Origin: a bacterium
GTDB taxonomy: Bacteria; Eisenbacteria; RBG-16-71-46
Reading direction: 5' to 3'
NCBI GenBank assembly: GCA_043779265.1
Contig: JAYWEM010000006.1
Location: forward strand, 1-14,936
Length of the DNA stretch: 14,936 nucleotides
The translations under genes were made by a program, and so were the position numbers. The number at the start of each line of letters is the position of its first letter. Position 1 is the stretch's first letter. The notes beneath the pieces were generated by a model, which saw only the letters and a program-made list of their open reading frames with translations, did not search any database and was not told where the DNA came from. Below are positions 6,778 to 14,935 of the stretch, piece after piece.

Positions 6778-7244
6778 CCGAACACCGGTTCGAAGCCGAT
6801 GCCACCGGACTGCGGTTCGTGGTGGTGGCGGCTCGCTGGAACGAAGAAGCAGTTCGCCGCATGGTCGATGCTGCTTTCGACGTGCTGCGCCGTCAGGGAG
6901 CGAGCGAGGACGCGCTGGCGCTGTGGTGGGTTCCCGGCAGCTTCGAGCTGCCCGTCGCAGCGTCGTGGGCGGCGCGCTCCGGCGCGTGCGATGCCGTGCT
7001 CGCATTCGGCGTCGTCATCGAAGGTGAGACCGAGCACTTCCGCTTGGTCGCCGATGCGGCGAGCGACGGACTCCAGCGCGTCGCGACCGAGACCGGGTTG
7101 CCCGTGTTGAACGGGGTACTCGCAGCCTACGATGCGGCGCAGGTCGAGGCTCGGACCGGTGGGACGATGGGCAATATCGGATCCCAGGTCGCGCTGGCCG
7201 CGATCTCCATGGCACGGTTGCGCGCCGCGGTGGTTTCCCGATGA
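6774..7244 (+). CDS. ribH: 6,7-dimethyl-8-ribityllumazine synthase (divergent)
   Basis: ARWN, VPGSFELP, GVVIEGETEHF, PVLNGVL and Q..ARTG..GNIG..A..AISM align with RibH. SD AAGGAG at 6763-6768; GTGA overlap with ribBA; canonical position before nusB. Confidence 0.93.
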   Translation: MTEHRFEADATGLRFVVVAARWNEEAVRRMVDAAFDVLRRQGASEDALALWWVPGSFELPVAASWAARSGACDAVLAFGVVIEGETEHFRLVADAASDGLQRVATETGLPVLNGVLAAYDAAQVEARTGGTMGNIGSQVALAAISMARLRAAVVSR

Positions 7245-7669
7245 CCCGAGTCCCGCAGCGTCGCAAGGCACGCGAGGTCGCGTTCCGTGTCGCCTATCAG
7301 GCGGAGATCTCGGGCGACACGTTCGCTCGTGCCTGGGTGGCGCGTCAGGAGGAGGAGTCGCTCAGCGACGACCAGCGCGAGCTCGCGTCGGATGTCGTCG
7401 CCGTGCTCGAGACACGTTCGCATGAGGTGGATGACGCAGTGCGTGCGGCGTCCGAGCGCTGGCCGCTCGAACGACTCGCGGCCACCGATCGGGCGGTACT
7501 GCGTGTGGCCATTGCCGAGTTGCTGGCGCGGCCCGGTACGCCGGTGCGCGTGATCATCGACGAGGCCATCGAAGTGGCCCGCACCTACGGCAGCGAAGAG
7601 TCGGGTCGATTCGTCAATGGCGTCCTCGATCGCGCGGCGCGCACGCTGCGACCGGCGGAGTTCGGATGA
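7241..7669 (+). CDS. nusB: Transcription antitermination factor NusB
   Basis: RRKAREVAFRVAYQ, WPLERLAATDRAVLRVA, PVRVIIDEAIEVARTYG and SGRFVNGVLD; conserved ribH-nusB order. Confidence 0.96.
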   Translation: MTRVPQRRKAREVAFRVAYQAEISGDTFARAWVARQEEESLSDDQRELASDVVAVLETRSHEVDDAVRAASERWPLERLAATDRAVLRVAIAELLARPGTPVRVIIDEAIEVARTYGSEESGRFVNGVLDRAARTLRPAEFG

Positions 7670-8391
7670 AGCTCGCGATCGTCTCCGACATCCACGGGAA
7701 TCTCGAAGCGCTCGAGCGCGTGCTGGGCGACCTCTCCGAGCGCAAGCCGGCCGCCGTGTTCTGTCTGGGCGACTTCGTCGGCTACGGAGCGGCGCCCAAC
7801 GAGTGCATCGAGCAACTCCTTCCGCACATCGACGGCGCTGTTGCGGGCAATCATGACCTCGCGGCGTGCGGCCGCATCCGGCTGGGCTACTTCAATCCCG
7901 ATGCGGCGGCGGCGGCGAGATGGACCGCCCAGGCCCTCACGGAGGCGCATCTCGAGTACCTGAACGAATTGCCCTTTGCCCTGTCCTGGCACGGAGCCTG
8001 CGTCGTCCACGCATCACCTGCCGAGCCCTCGGAGTGGCACTACGTCTTCTCGCCCAACGACGCCCATCATGAGATGCAGCACTGTCATGAGCGCGTCTGC
8101 TTCATCGGTCACTCGCATGTTCCGACGGCGTTCGAAGTCGACGGGGATTTCGTTCAGGAACGACGGACTCCGATCGTGACGATGAAGGAGGGCGTGCGCT
8201 ATCTGGTGAATGTCGGGAGCGTGGGGCAGCCGCGAGATGGCGACCCTCGTGCGGCCTATCTGTGGTGGGACCAGGAGGCCGGTACGTTCGAGCACATCCG
8301 ACTCGACTACGATATCGATGGCGCGATGCAGCGGATCCTCGCCGCCGGGTTGCCGAGTTTTCTCGCGGATCGATTGCGAGTCGGTCAATGA
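7666..8391 (+). CDS. Metallophosphoesterase (calcineurin-like, YfcE/MJ0912-type)
   Basis: All five MPP motifs are present: SDIHGN, LGDFVGYG, GNHD, VHASP and GHSH, plus NVGSVGQPRDG. ATGA overlaps at both ends. Confidence 0.92.
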   Translation: MKLAIVSDIHGNLEALERVLGDLSERKPAAVFCLGDFVGYGAAPNECIEQLLPHIDGAVAGNHDLAACGRIRLGYFNPDAAAAARWTAQALTEAHLEYLNELPFALSWHGACVVHASPAEPSEWHYVFSPNDAHHEMQHCHERVCFIGHSHVPTAFEVDGDFVQERRTPIVTMKEGVRYLVNVGSVGQPRDGDPRAAYLWWDQEAGTFEHIRLDYDIDGAMQRILAAGLPSFLADRLRVGQ

Positions 8392-9170
8392 GCGCGGAAC
8401 GCCAGTCGACGCTCGAGCACTGGGAGTCCTATTGGAAGGGCCACCGCCAGGACATCGAGGAGACTTACTCGACGGGAGGCCGGCTCGTGCGCGAGACGAT
8501 CGCGGACGGACCGATCGAGGGGCGCTGGGTGATGGAGATCGGCGCTGGCTCGGGCCGCGACTTGATCGAGTTGGCGCGCCTTGGAGCCAAGGGACTCGTG
8601 CTCGACTACTCGCCGGCCTCGCTGCATCTGGTGCGCGAGCAGGCGCGCGCGCGTGGCATCCCGGTGATGTTGGTGCAGGCGGATGCGACGCGCATGCCGT
8701 TCCGTGACGGTGCCATCGACGTATCGTTCCATCAGGGGCTGCTCGAACACTTCCGTGACCCGATGCCGCTGCTCCGGGAGAACACGCGGATCACGCGCTC
8801 AGGTGGCCGCGTCCTCGTCGACGTGCCGCAATCGATCCACCTCTACACAGTCATGAAGCAGGTGCTCATCGCCGCCAACCGCTGGTTCGCGGGATGGGAG
8901 ACGCAGTTCACCGTGGGGCAGCTCGAGTCATGCTGTCGTGATGCCGGCCTCGAGGTCGTGCGCACGTACGGTGACTGGATGGTGCCGGGCCTCGCCTATC
9001 GCGTGTTCCGCGAGGTGCTCAAGCGCGGCCTCGGCGTGCGTCTGCCGCTCCACCCGAAGGGTCCGAGGGCGTGGTCCGAGGGATGGGAGGGCCTGCGAGG
9101 TTGGCTGCGCGGCCAGCGCTGGGCGCTCCACACCTGCCACGTCATCGGGACGGTCGGCCGCAAGCGATGA
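8388..9170 (+). CDS. Class I SAM-dependent methyltransferase
   Basis: Motif I VMEIGAGSG, motif II LVLDYS, QADATRMPFRDGAIDVSFHQGLLEHF and RITRSGG. Start set at ATG 8388 (ATGA overlap) instead of 8262. Confidence 0.9.
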   Translation: MSAERQSTLEHWESYWKGHRQDIEETYSTGGRLVRETIADGPIEGRWVMEIGAGSGRDLIELARLGAKGLVLDYSPASLHLVREQARARGIPVMLVQADATRMPFRDGAIDVSFHQGLLEHFRDPMPLLRENTRITRSGGRVLVDVPQSIHLYTVMKQVLIAANRWFAGWETQFTVGQLESCCRDAGLEVVRTYGDWMVPGLAYRVFREVLKRGLGVRLPLHPKGPRAWSEGWEGLRGWLRGQRWALHTCHVIGTVGRKR

Positions 9171-10285
9171 GTCGCCATCTGCTGGCCGTGAACTTCCGCG
9201 ATCCCCATCACCCCGAGGCGGGGGGAGCCGAGTTGCATCTCGAGGAGATCCTGCTCGAGGCCGTGCGGCGGGGCTGGAAGGTCACCTGGCTCGCGACGGG
9301 CTTCCGTGGTGGCTCGGCCGAGGCCGAGCACCGTGGCATGCGCATCGTCCGACGTGGCGATTGGTGGGATTTCAATCTCCGCATTCCCGGTCTCCTGCGA
9401 GGCGAGTTCGGCGGGGACCGTCGCCCCGATCTGATCGTCGAGGACATCAACAAGGTGCCGTGCTTCTGTGCGCAGTGGACCGACGCACCGGTGCACGCGA
9501 TCGTGCCGCACCTGTTCGGGAACACCGCGTTCCAGGAGGCGAACGCCCTCATCGCCAGCTACGTGGTGGCGCTCGAGGCCCTGATCCCGCGGGCGTACTC
9601 GCGTTCGCGCTTTCTGGTGATCTCCGAGAGCACGCGCGACGATCTCGTCCAGCGTGGCATCGCGCGCGAGCGGATCGACGTCGTTCACTGCGGCCTCGAC
9701 CATGCGCGCTACCGGGTCGACGCATCGGTCGCCAAGGCAGAGGTGCCGACGCTACTCTTCGTGGGGCGACTGCGCCGCTACAAGGGGCTCGATTGGGTCA
9801 CGCGCGTGCTGCCGACCGTGCGCGAACGCGTTCCGCGAGTGCGGCTCGAGATCATCGGCGATGGCCCGCACGGGCCTGCGCTCGAGGAGCAGGTCGCGCG
9901 TTCCGGGCTCCAGGGCACCGTCGACTTCCTCGGTTTCCTTCCGGGAGCCGAGAAGGTGCGGCGGATGCAGCGCGCCTGGGCCGTGCTGCAACCGAGTCCC
10001 AAGGAGGGTTGGGGGCTGACGGTGGTCGAGGCGGGAGCCTGCGGGACGGCGGTGGTCGCTGCGGACAGCCCGGGACTCCGGGACTCCGTGCGACGTGACG
10101 AGACGGGTCTGCTCGTTCCCTATGGCGATGACGCGGCGCTTGCCGAAGCTCTCGTTCGCGTGCTGAACGACACACCGCTGCGGGAGCGGCTGGCGTCGGC
10201 GGGCGTGGCGTGGGCGGACCGATTCCTTTGGGAGGACTGCGCGCGTCGATCGCTCGATGCGCTCACGGGGGAGCGAGGCGCGTGA
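9167..10285 (+). CDS. Glycosyltransferase family 4 (GT-B)
   Basis: NFRDPHHPEAGGAE, ISESTRDDL, FVGRLRRYKG, PSPKEGWGLTVVEAG (EX7E) and GLRDSV..ETGLLV. Start set at ATG 9167 (ATGA overlap). Confidence 0.93.
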   Translation: MSRHLLAVNFRDPHHPEAGGAELHLEEILLEAVRRGWKVTWLATGFRGGSAEAEHRGMRIVRRGDWWDFNLRIPGLLRGEFGGDRRPDLIVEDINKVPCFCAQWTDAPVHAIVPHLFGNTAFQEANALIASYVVALEALIPRAYSRSRFLVISESTRDDLVQRGIARERIDVVHCGLDHARYRVDASVAKAEVPTLLFVGRLRRYKGLDWVTRVLPTVRERVPRVRLEIIGDGPHGPALEEQVARSGLQGTVDFLGFLPGAEKVRRMQRAWAVLQPSPKEGWGLTVVEAGACGTAVVAADSPGLRDSVRRDETGLLVPYGDDAALAEALVRVLNDTPLRERLASAGVAWADRFLWEDCARRSLDALTGERGA

Positions 10286-11280
10286 GCAACGGCAAGCCGT
10301 CCGCGCGCTCCGGGTTCCTCCTGGCGCTCAAGCTCGCGATCAGCATCGCGCTGTTCGGGTGGCTCTTCCAGAAGGTGGACGTCGATCAGGTCCGCATCAC
10401 GCTCCAGCAGGCGAGCGTCGAGTGGTTGATCGGTGCGTTCTCGCTCCTCGTCGCGAGCAACGTGCTCGGCTCCTATCAATGGAACCGCTTGTTGCGCGTC
10501 GTCGGGATCGAGCTGCCGTTCTGGAAAGTCGTGGCCTACTACCACGTCGGCCTGTTCTGGAACAACTTCCTGCCGGCGAACGTCGGCGGTGACCTGGCGC
10601 GGATCGCCGATGCGTCGCGTACGGGTTCGACCCGGACCACCGCGTTCTCCACGGTGTTGCTCGACCGCATGATCGGGACGGTGGCACTCGGCTCGCTCGC
10701 CGTCGTCACGACCCTGCCGGTCATCGATCATTTCCACCTCGCGGCGGTCTACTCGGGTGTGCTGGCGTTCTTCGTGCTCGCCTCCGTCCTGTTGTGGGCC
10801 GTGCTCCATCCGGCTGCGATGGACTGGCTCGAGCGCATGGTGCTCGCGGTGGGGCTTGGTCGGCTGCGCCCGAGCCTCGAGGACATGCGACTTCGGATGT
10901 CGGCCTTCCGAGATCGGCGGGTCTTGCTCGTTCAATTGTTCGTCGTCGCGCTCGCAGTGCAGGTCATGCGCATCGTCGTTCACGTGGCGGTGGCGCGGGC
11001 GCTCGGCTTGGACATTCCCCTGACCTACTTCTTCCTTTTCGTGCCGCTCCTGGCGGTGATAGTCTCCCTGCCCATCTCATTGAATGGCATCGGGGTACGT
11101 GAAGGAGCGGGCATCCTCCTGTTCGGGCTCGTCGGGCTCGAGAAGGAGAGTGCCTTCCTGCTCCAGTTCACCACCTATCTCGTCGCGGTCGCGGTCAGCT
11201 TGATCGGAGGGCTCGTGTTCCTCGCGCGCATCCCCCGCCGCCGTGCCGATGCCCGTCTCCCGCGGAGGTCCGCCGAATGA
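10282..11280 (+). CDS. Lysylphosphatidylglycerol-synthase TM domain / UPF0104 flippase-like membrane protein
   Basis: QWNRLL, GLFWNNFLPANVGGDLAR, LLDRMIG and LPISLNGIGVREG; about 8 hydrophobic segments. Start set at GTG 10282 (GTGA overlap). Confidence 0.88.
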   Translation: MSNGKPSARSGFLLALKLAISIALFGWLFQKVDVDQVRITLQQASVEWLIGAFSLLVASNVLGSYQWNRLLRVVGIELPFWKVVAYYHVGLFWNNFLPANVGGDLARIADASRTGSTRTTAFSTVLLDRMIGTVALGSLAVVTTLPVIDHFHLAAVYSGVLAFFVLASVLLWAVLHPAAMDWLERMVLAVGLGRLRPSLEDMRLRMSAFRDRRVLLVQLFVVALAVQVMRIVVHVAVARALGLDIPLTYFFLFVPLLAVIVSLPISLNGIGVREGAGILLFGLVGLEKESAFLLQFTTYLVAVAVSLIGGLVFLARIPRRRADARLPRRSAE

Positions 11281-13964
11281 TCAAGAGCCAGCGCTTCACC
11301 GGGCTCATCTTCCTCGTGGTCACGCTCATCACCGCGGTGGTCTACTTCCTGACGCTCTACCCGACGGTTCCGTTCTGGGACGCAGGCGAGTTCATCGCCG
11401 TCTCGAACATCCTCGGCATCCCGCATCCTCCCGGCACGCCGTTCTACGTGCTGATCGGCCGCATCGCCACCATGGTGCCGTGGGCGAGCATCGCCGAGCG
11501 CGTCAACGCCCTCTCGGCGGTGGCCGGAGCACTCGCGGTCGGGCTCACCTACCTCACCACGCTGCGCCTGATCCACCGGGCGCAGGGGGAGAACCGTGCG
11601 ACATGGCAGAACATCGTCGCATACCTCGGTGCCGCGACGGGCGCGCTGATGCTCGCCTTCTCCGACTCGTTCTGGGAGAACTCGACCGAGGCCGAGGTCT
11701 ACCAGTTGATGAGCCTCGCGCAGATCCTCGTGTTCTGGCTCGGCCTCAAGTGGTGGAGCGCGCACGACCAGAAGCCCACGGTCAGTTATCTGCTGCTCGC
11801 CACCTACGTGATGTGGTTGTGCGTCGGACTGCATCTCGGAGTCGGCATCATGGGCCTGCCGCTGTTCTTCCTGGTGGCGCTCGTCGACTGGAAAGTGGCG
11901 ATGCTGTTCGCGATGCCGTTCCTCTCGCTGCTGCGGGTGCCTGCCGGGCTCGAGAAGATGGCCGGCGCGGTCATCCTGTTGGCCGCGATCACCAGTGTCG
12001 TCATGGCCTGGCAGCGCAAGCTCCCGGGTTGGGTCGCCGCGCTCGGCGCGGTCCTCGTGCTCCCCGGCCTCTATGACGCGATGACGGATGCCGACTTCAC
12101 GGTTCCGATCATGGTGGCGACCGTGCTGGGCGTCGTGTTCCCGTTCGTCTTCCTCGCCCGGACGCATCGCGAGGGCCGTGTGCTCCTGCTGTCGCTCTTC
12201 CTGATGATCGCGGGCTACTCGACCCACGCGTTCCTTCCCATCCGTGCGGCGCAGAGGCCGGCCATCAACGAAGGCGCCCCTGCCGATTGGAACTCGCTCC
12301 GGGATCTGCTCGAGCGCAAGCAGTATGGCGAGTCGAACATGTTCGTTCGGCGCGGGACTCTGACGACGCACCTCGACAAGGAGTTCTGGCGCTACTTCCG
12401 CAGGCAGTGGCTGCTGTTCGGCGAGCCGATGGGGGGGATGGACGAACCGGTCCCGCCCTCAGCGAGCGCCGGTCAGGGCGAGCGCGCGATGCACCTGCTC
12501 GGGCGCGTCGTCCCGCCACCGGGTTCACTCCTTCCGATCGTCCTCGGCTTCGCGGGTGGCATCTGGCTCTTACGACGAGAACGTAAATCGGGCCTCTACT
12601 CGTTGATGTTCCTCGTGCTGACCACCGTGGCGATGATCCTGTTCCTCAACTTCTCCGACAAGGAAGTGAGAGAGCGGGACTACTTCTTCCAGAGTGGGTA
12701 CCACGCATTCTCGATCTGGATCGGGCTCGGCATCGCCTGGGCGATCGGTTGGGTCCGCGGCAGCTTCCCCGCGGGCCAGATGCGCAATGGCGCCACGTTC
12801 GCTTGCGCCGGGCTGCTGGCGCTCCAGCCGGCGCTGCTCGCGAAGAACCTGTGGTTCACCCACGATCGCAGTGGCAACTACATCGCCCGCGACTACGCGT
12901 ACAACATGCTGGCGCCGCTGGCTCCGAACTCGTTCATGTTCACCAATGGCGACAACGACACCTTCCCGCTTTGGTACATCCAGGAGGTGGAGGGGTTCCG
13001 CAAGGATGTCCGCGTCGTGAACCTGAGTCTGCTCAACACCGATTGGTACATCCGCCAGTTGCGCGATGAGGAGCCCAAGGTCCCGATCCAGCTCGATGAT
13101 CGTCAGGTCGACCAGTTGCGCTTCGGCGCGGTGCAGGACCCGAGTGGGCGCGTGATCTACACCAACGAGTACATGGTCCACCACATCATGCAGCAGTCCC
13201 GCACGGCGACCGGTTGGTCGCGGCAGCCCTACTTCGCTGTCACCGTTCCCGAGGACTACGGCTATCGCTCGCTGTTCTCGCTGCAGGGTCTGGTTCACGA
13301 GGTGAAGACCGACTCGACGCAGGCGGGGCTCGATCTGCCGGCGATCGAGAAGGCGTTGTACGAGACGTTCCAGTATCGCGGGCTGTTCACCAAGGATGGC
13401 GTCTGGGACGCGAAGGTGTACAAGGACGAGAATGCCTCGACGCTCTCGCGCAACTACGCCTCGGCACACCTGCAGCTCGCGTACCACTACCGTCGTCAGG
13501 GTCAGATGGACAAGGCGGTCGCCGAGATGGAGCGGATCCAGAAGATGTTCCCGGATTACGCGGCGGTGCAGATCCCGCTTGGCGGATTCTACATGGAGAT
13601 GGGGGACACGGCGCGGGCGCTCGCGCTGTTCGAGAAGCTCGTCCGCACGCAGCCGAACGACCCGGATGTCCACTACTACTACGGCGCGTCGCTCGCCTAT
13701 CAGGCGCGGCCGGCCGAGGCCATGCAGCAGTTCGAGCAGGCGATCGTGCTCGATCCCGACTTCGCGCTGGCCTACTACGGCGCCTACACGACGCTCCGGG
13801 AGACCGGTCAGCGTGAGCGCGCACTGGCCTATCTCGAGCGCTGGCTGATTCGTAATCCCAGCGACGAACGGGCGGCGCAGTTGCTCGACTCCGAGCGGCG
13901 AGCGCTCGGCTTGCCCCCGCGATCGGGAGGATTCACCCGGCCGCCCATGCTCTCGCTGCCCTGA
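11277..13964 (+). CDS. DUF2723 / TMEM260-like GT-C membrane glycosyltransferase with C-terminal TPR repeats
   Basis: First loop TLYPTVPFWDAGEF..LGIPHPPGTPFY..IGR, then FSDSFWENSTEAEVY, RERDYFF, HDRS and FTNGDNDTFPLWY. More than 10 hydrophobic segments, a soluble domain and four 34-aa TPRs (13458-13865). Confidence 0.88.
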   Translation: MIKSQRFTGLIFLVVTLITAVVYFLTLYPTVPFWDAGEFIAVSNILGIPHPPGTPFYVLIGRIATMVPWASIAERVNALSAVAGALAVGLTYLTTLRLIHRAQGENRATWQNIVAYLGAATGALMLAFSDSFWENSTEAEVYQLMSLAQILVFWLGLKWWSAHDQKPTVSYLLLATYVMWLCVGLHLGVGIMGLPLFFLVALVDWKVAMLFAMPFLSLLRVPAGLEKMAGAVILLAAITSVVMAWQRKLPGWVAALGAVLVLPGLYDAMTDADFTVPIMVATVLGVVFPFVFLARTHREGRVLLLSLFLMIAGYSTHAFLPIRAAQRPAINEGAPADWNSLRDLLERKQYGESNMFVRRGTLTTHLDKEFWRYFRRQWLLFGEPMGGMDEPVPPSASAGQGERAMHLLGRVVPPPGSLLPIVLGFAGGIWLLRRERKSGLYSLMFLVLTTVAMILFLNFSDKEVRERDYFFQSGYHAFSIWIGLGIAWAIGWVRGSFPAGQMRNGATFACAGLLALQPALLAKNLWFTHDRSGNYIARDYAYNMLAPLAPNSFMFTNGDNDTFPLWYIQEVEGFRKDVRVVNLSLLNTDWYIRQLRDEEPKVPIQLDDRQVDQLRFGAVQDPSGRVIYTNEYMVHHIMQQSRTATGWSRQPYFAVTVPEDYGYRSLFSLQGLVHEVKTDSTQAGLDLPAIEKALYETFQYRGLFTKDGVWDAKVYKDENASTLSRNYASAHLQLAYHYRRQGQMDKAVAEMERIQKMFPDYAAVQIPLGGFYMEMGDTARALALFEKLVRTQPNDPDVHYYYGASLAYQARPAEAMQQFEQAIVLDPDFALAYYGAYTTLRETGQRERALAYLERWLIRNPSDERAAQLLDSERRALGLPPRSGGFTRPPMLSLP

Positions 13965-13987
13965 CGCAGAGAGGAGAGCCACGTCCC

Positions 13988-14935
13988 ATGCGCGCATTGG
14001 TGACCGGAGCCGCGGGCTTCATCGGCTCGACGTTGGTGGATCGCCTACTGGCCGACGGCCTGGAGGTCACGGGCGTCGATTGCCTCACGGACTACTACGA
14101 CATCACGCTCAAGCGGCGGAACCTCGCGGGCGCTGTGGCGAACTCGCGCTTCCAGTTGCTCGAACTGGATCTGGGCGCAGCCGATCTCGCGGCACTGCCC
14201 GAAGTGGATGTCGTGTTCCATCAGGCGGCGCAAGCAGGCGTGCGTGCCTCGTGGGGGCGGGAGTTCGGCTCGTACGTGCACCACAATGTTCTCGCGACAC
14301 AGCGGCTGCTGGAGCGCTATCGCGGCACGCCGCTCGAGCGATTCGTCTACGCGAGCTCGTCGTCCGTGTACGGTGACGCCGAGCGCTATCCGACCGATGA
14401 GGCGATGATGCCACGGCCGTTCTCGCCCTATGGCGTGACGAAGCTGGCGGGCGAGCACCTCGTGCTTCTCTACGGTCGCAATTTCGGAATGCCGGTCTCG
14501 GCGCTCCGCTACTTCACGGTCTACGGCCCGAGGCAGCGCCCGGACATGGCCTTCCATCGCTTCTGTCGAGCCCTGCTCGAGGGCGACGAGATCGTGGTCT
14601 ACGGCGATGGCCGTCAGTCGCGCGACTTCACGTTCATCACCGATGCGATCGAGGCCAACATCCGCGCGTGGAAGCGCAGTGCTCCGCAGGGTGTCTACAA
14701 CATCGGCGGCGGTTCCCAGGTCGAGGTGCTCGAGGCGATCTCGATCCTCGGGCGGGCGCTCTCGGTGCAGGCGAGGCTGCGCTTCGAGCCACTGCCTCCT
14801 GGCGATCCGCTGCGAACCCGCGCCGATGCCACGCGACTCCAGGCGGATCTCGGCTACACGACGCAGGTCGGGATCGAGCAGGGACTGGCGGCGGAGGCCG
14901 AATGGGCACGCACGATCTACGGCACCGTCTCGTGA
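13988..14935 (+). CDS. NAD-dependent nucleotide-sugar epimerase/dehydratase (extended SDR; UDP-glucuronate 4-epimerase-like)
   Basis: TGAAGFIGS, HQAAQAGVRAS, YASSSSVYG, catalytic YGVTK and LRYFTVYGPRQRPDMA. SD GAGGAG upstream. The stop at 14933-14935 is part of a GTGA that may start the next gene. Confidence 0.92.
   Translation: MRALVTGAAGFIGSTLVDRLLADGLEVTGVDCLTDYYDITLKRRNLAGAVANSRFQLLELDLGAADLAALPEVDVVFHQAAQAGVRASWGREFGSYVHHNVLATQRLLERYRGTPLERFVYASSSSVYGDAERYPTDEAMMPRPFSPYGVTKLAGEHLVLLYGRNFGMPVSALRYFTVYGPRQRPDMAFHRFCRALLEGDEIVVYGDGRQSRDFTFITDAIEANIRAWKRSAPQGVYNIGGGSQVEVLEAISILGRALSVQARLRFEPLPPGDPLRTRADATRLQADLGYTTQVGIEQGLAAEAEWARTIYGTVS

Noticed and set aside
8262..10281. ORF-track starts at 8262, 9071 and 10210
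   Set aside because: Each would overlap the previous gene by 70-130 nt. Starts at 8388, 9167 and 10282 give 4-nt overlaps and begin at the family N-terminus.
7666..10285. Roseoflavin biosynthesis cluster (rosABC-like)
   Set aside because: No flavodoxin-like RosB is present, the phosphatase is MPP-type rather than histidine-phosphatase-type, and the downstream context points to glycan synthesis.
12570..13997. Long minus-strand ORFs (12570..13997, 11175..12371, 3944..5293, 437..1366, 6079..7005, 3453..4388 and others)
   Set aside because: They lie antisense to well-supported genes, are Arg/Ala-rich without recognisable motifs, and are the expected shadow ORFs of high-GC codon usage.
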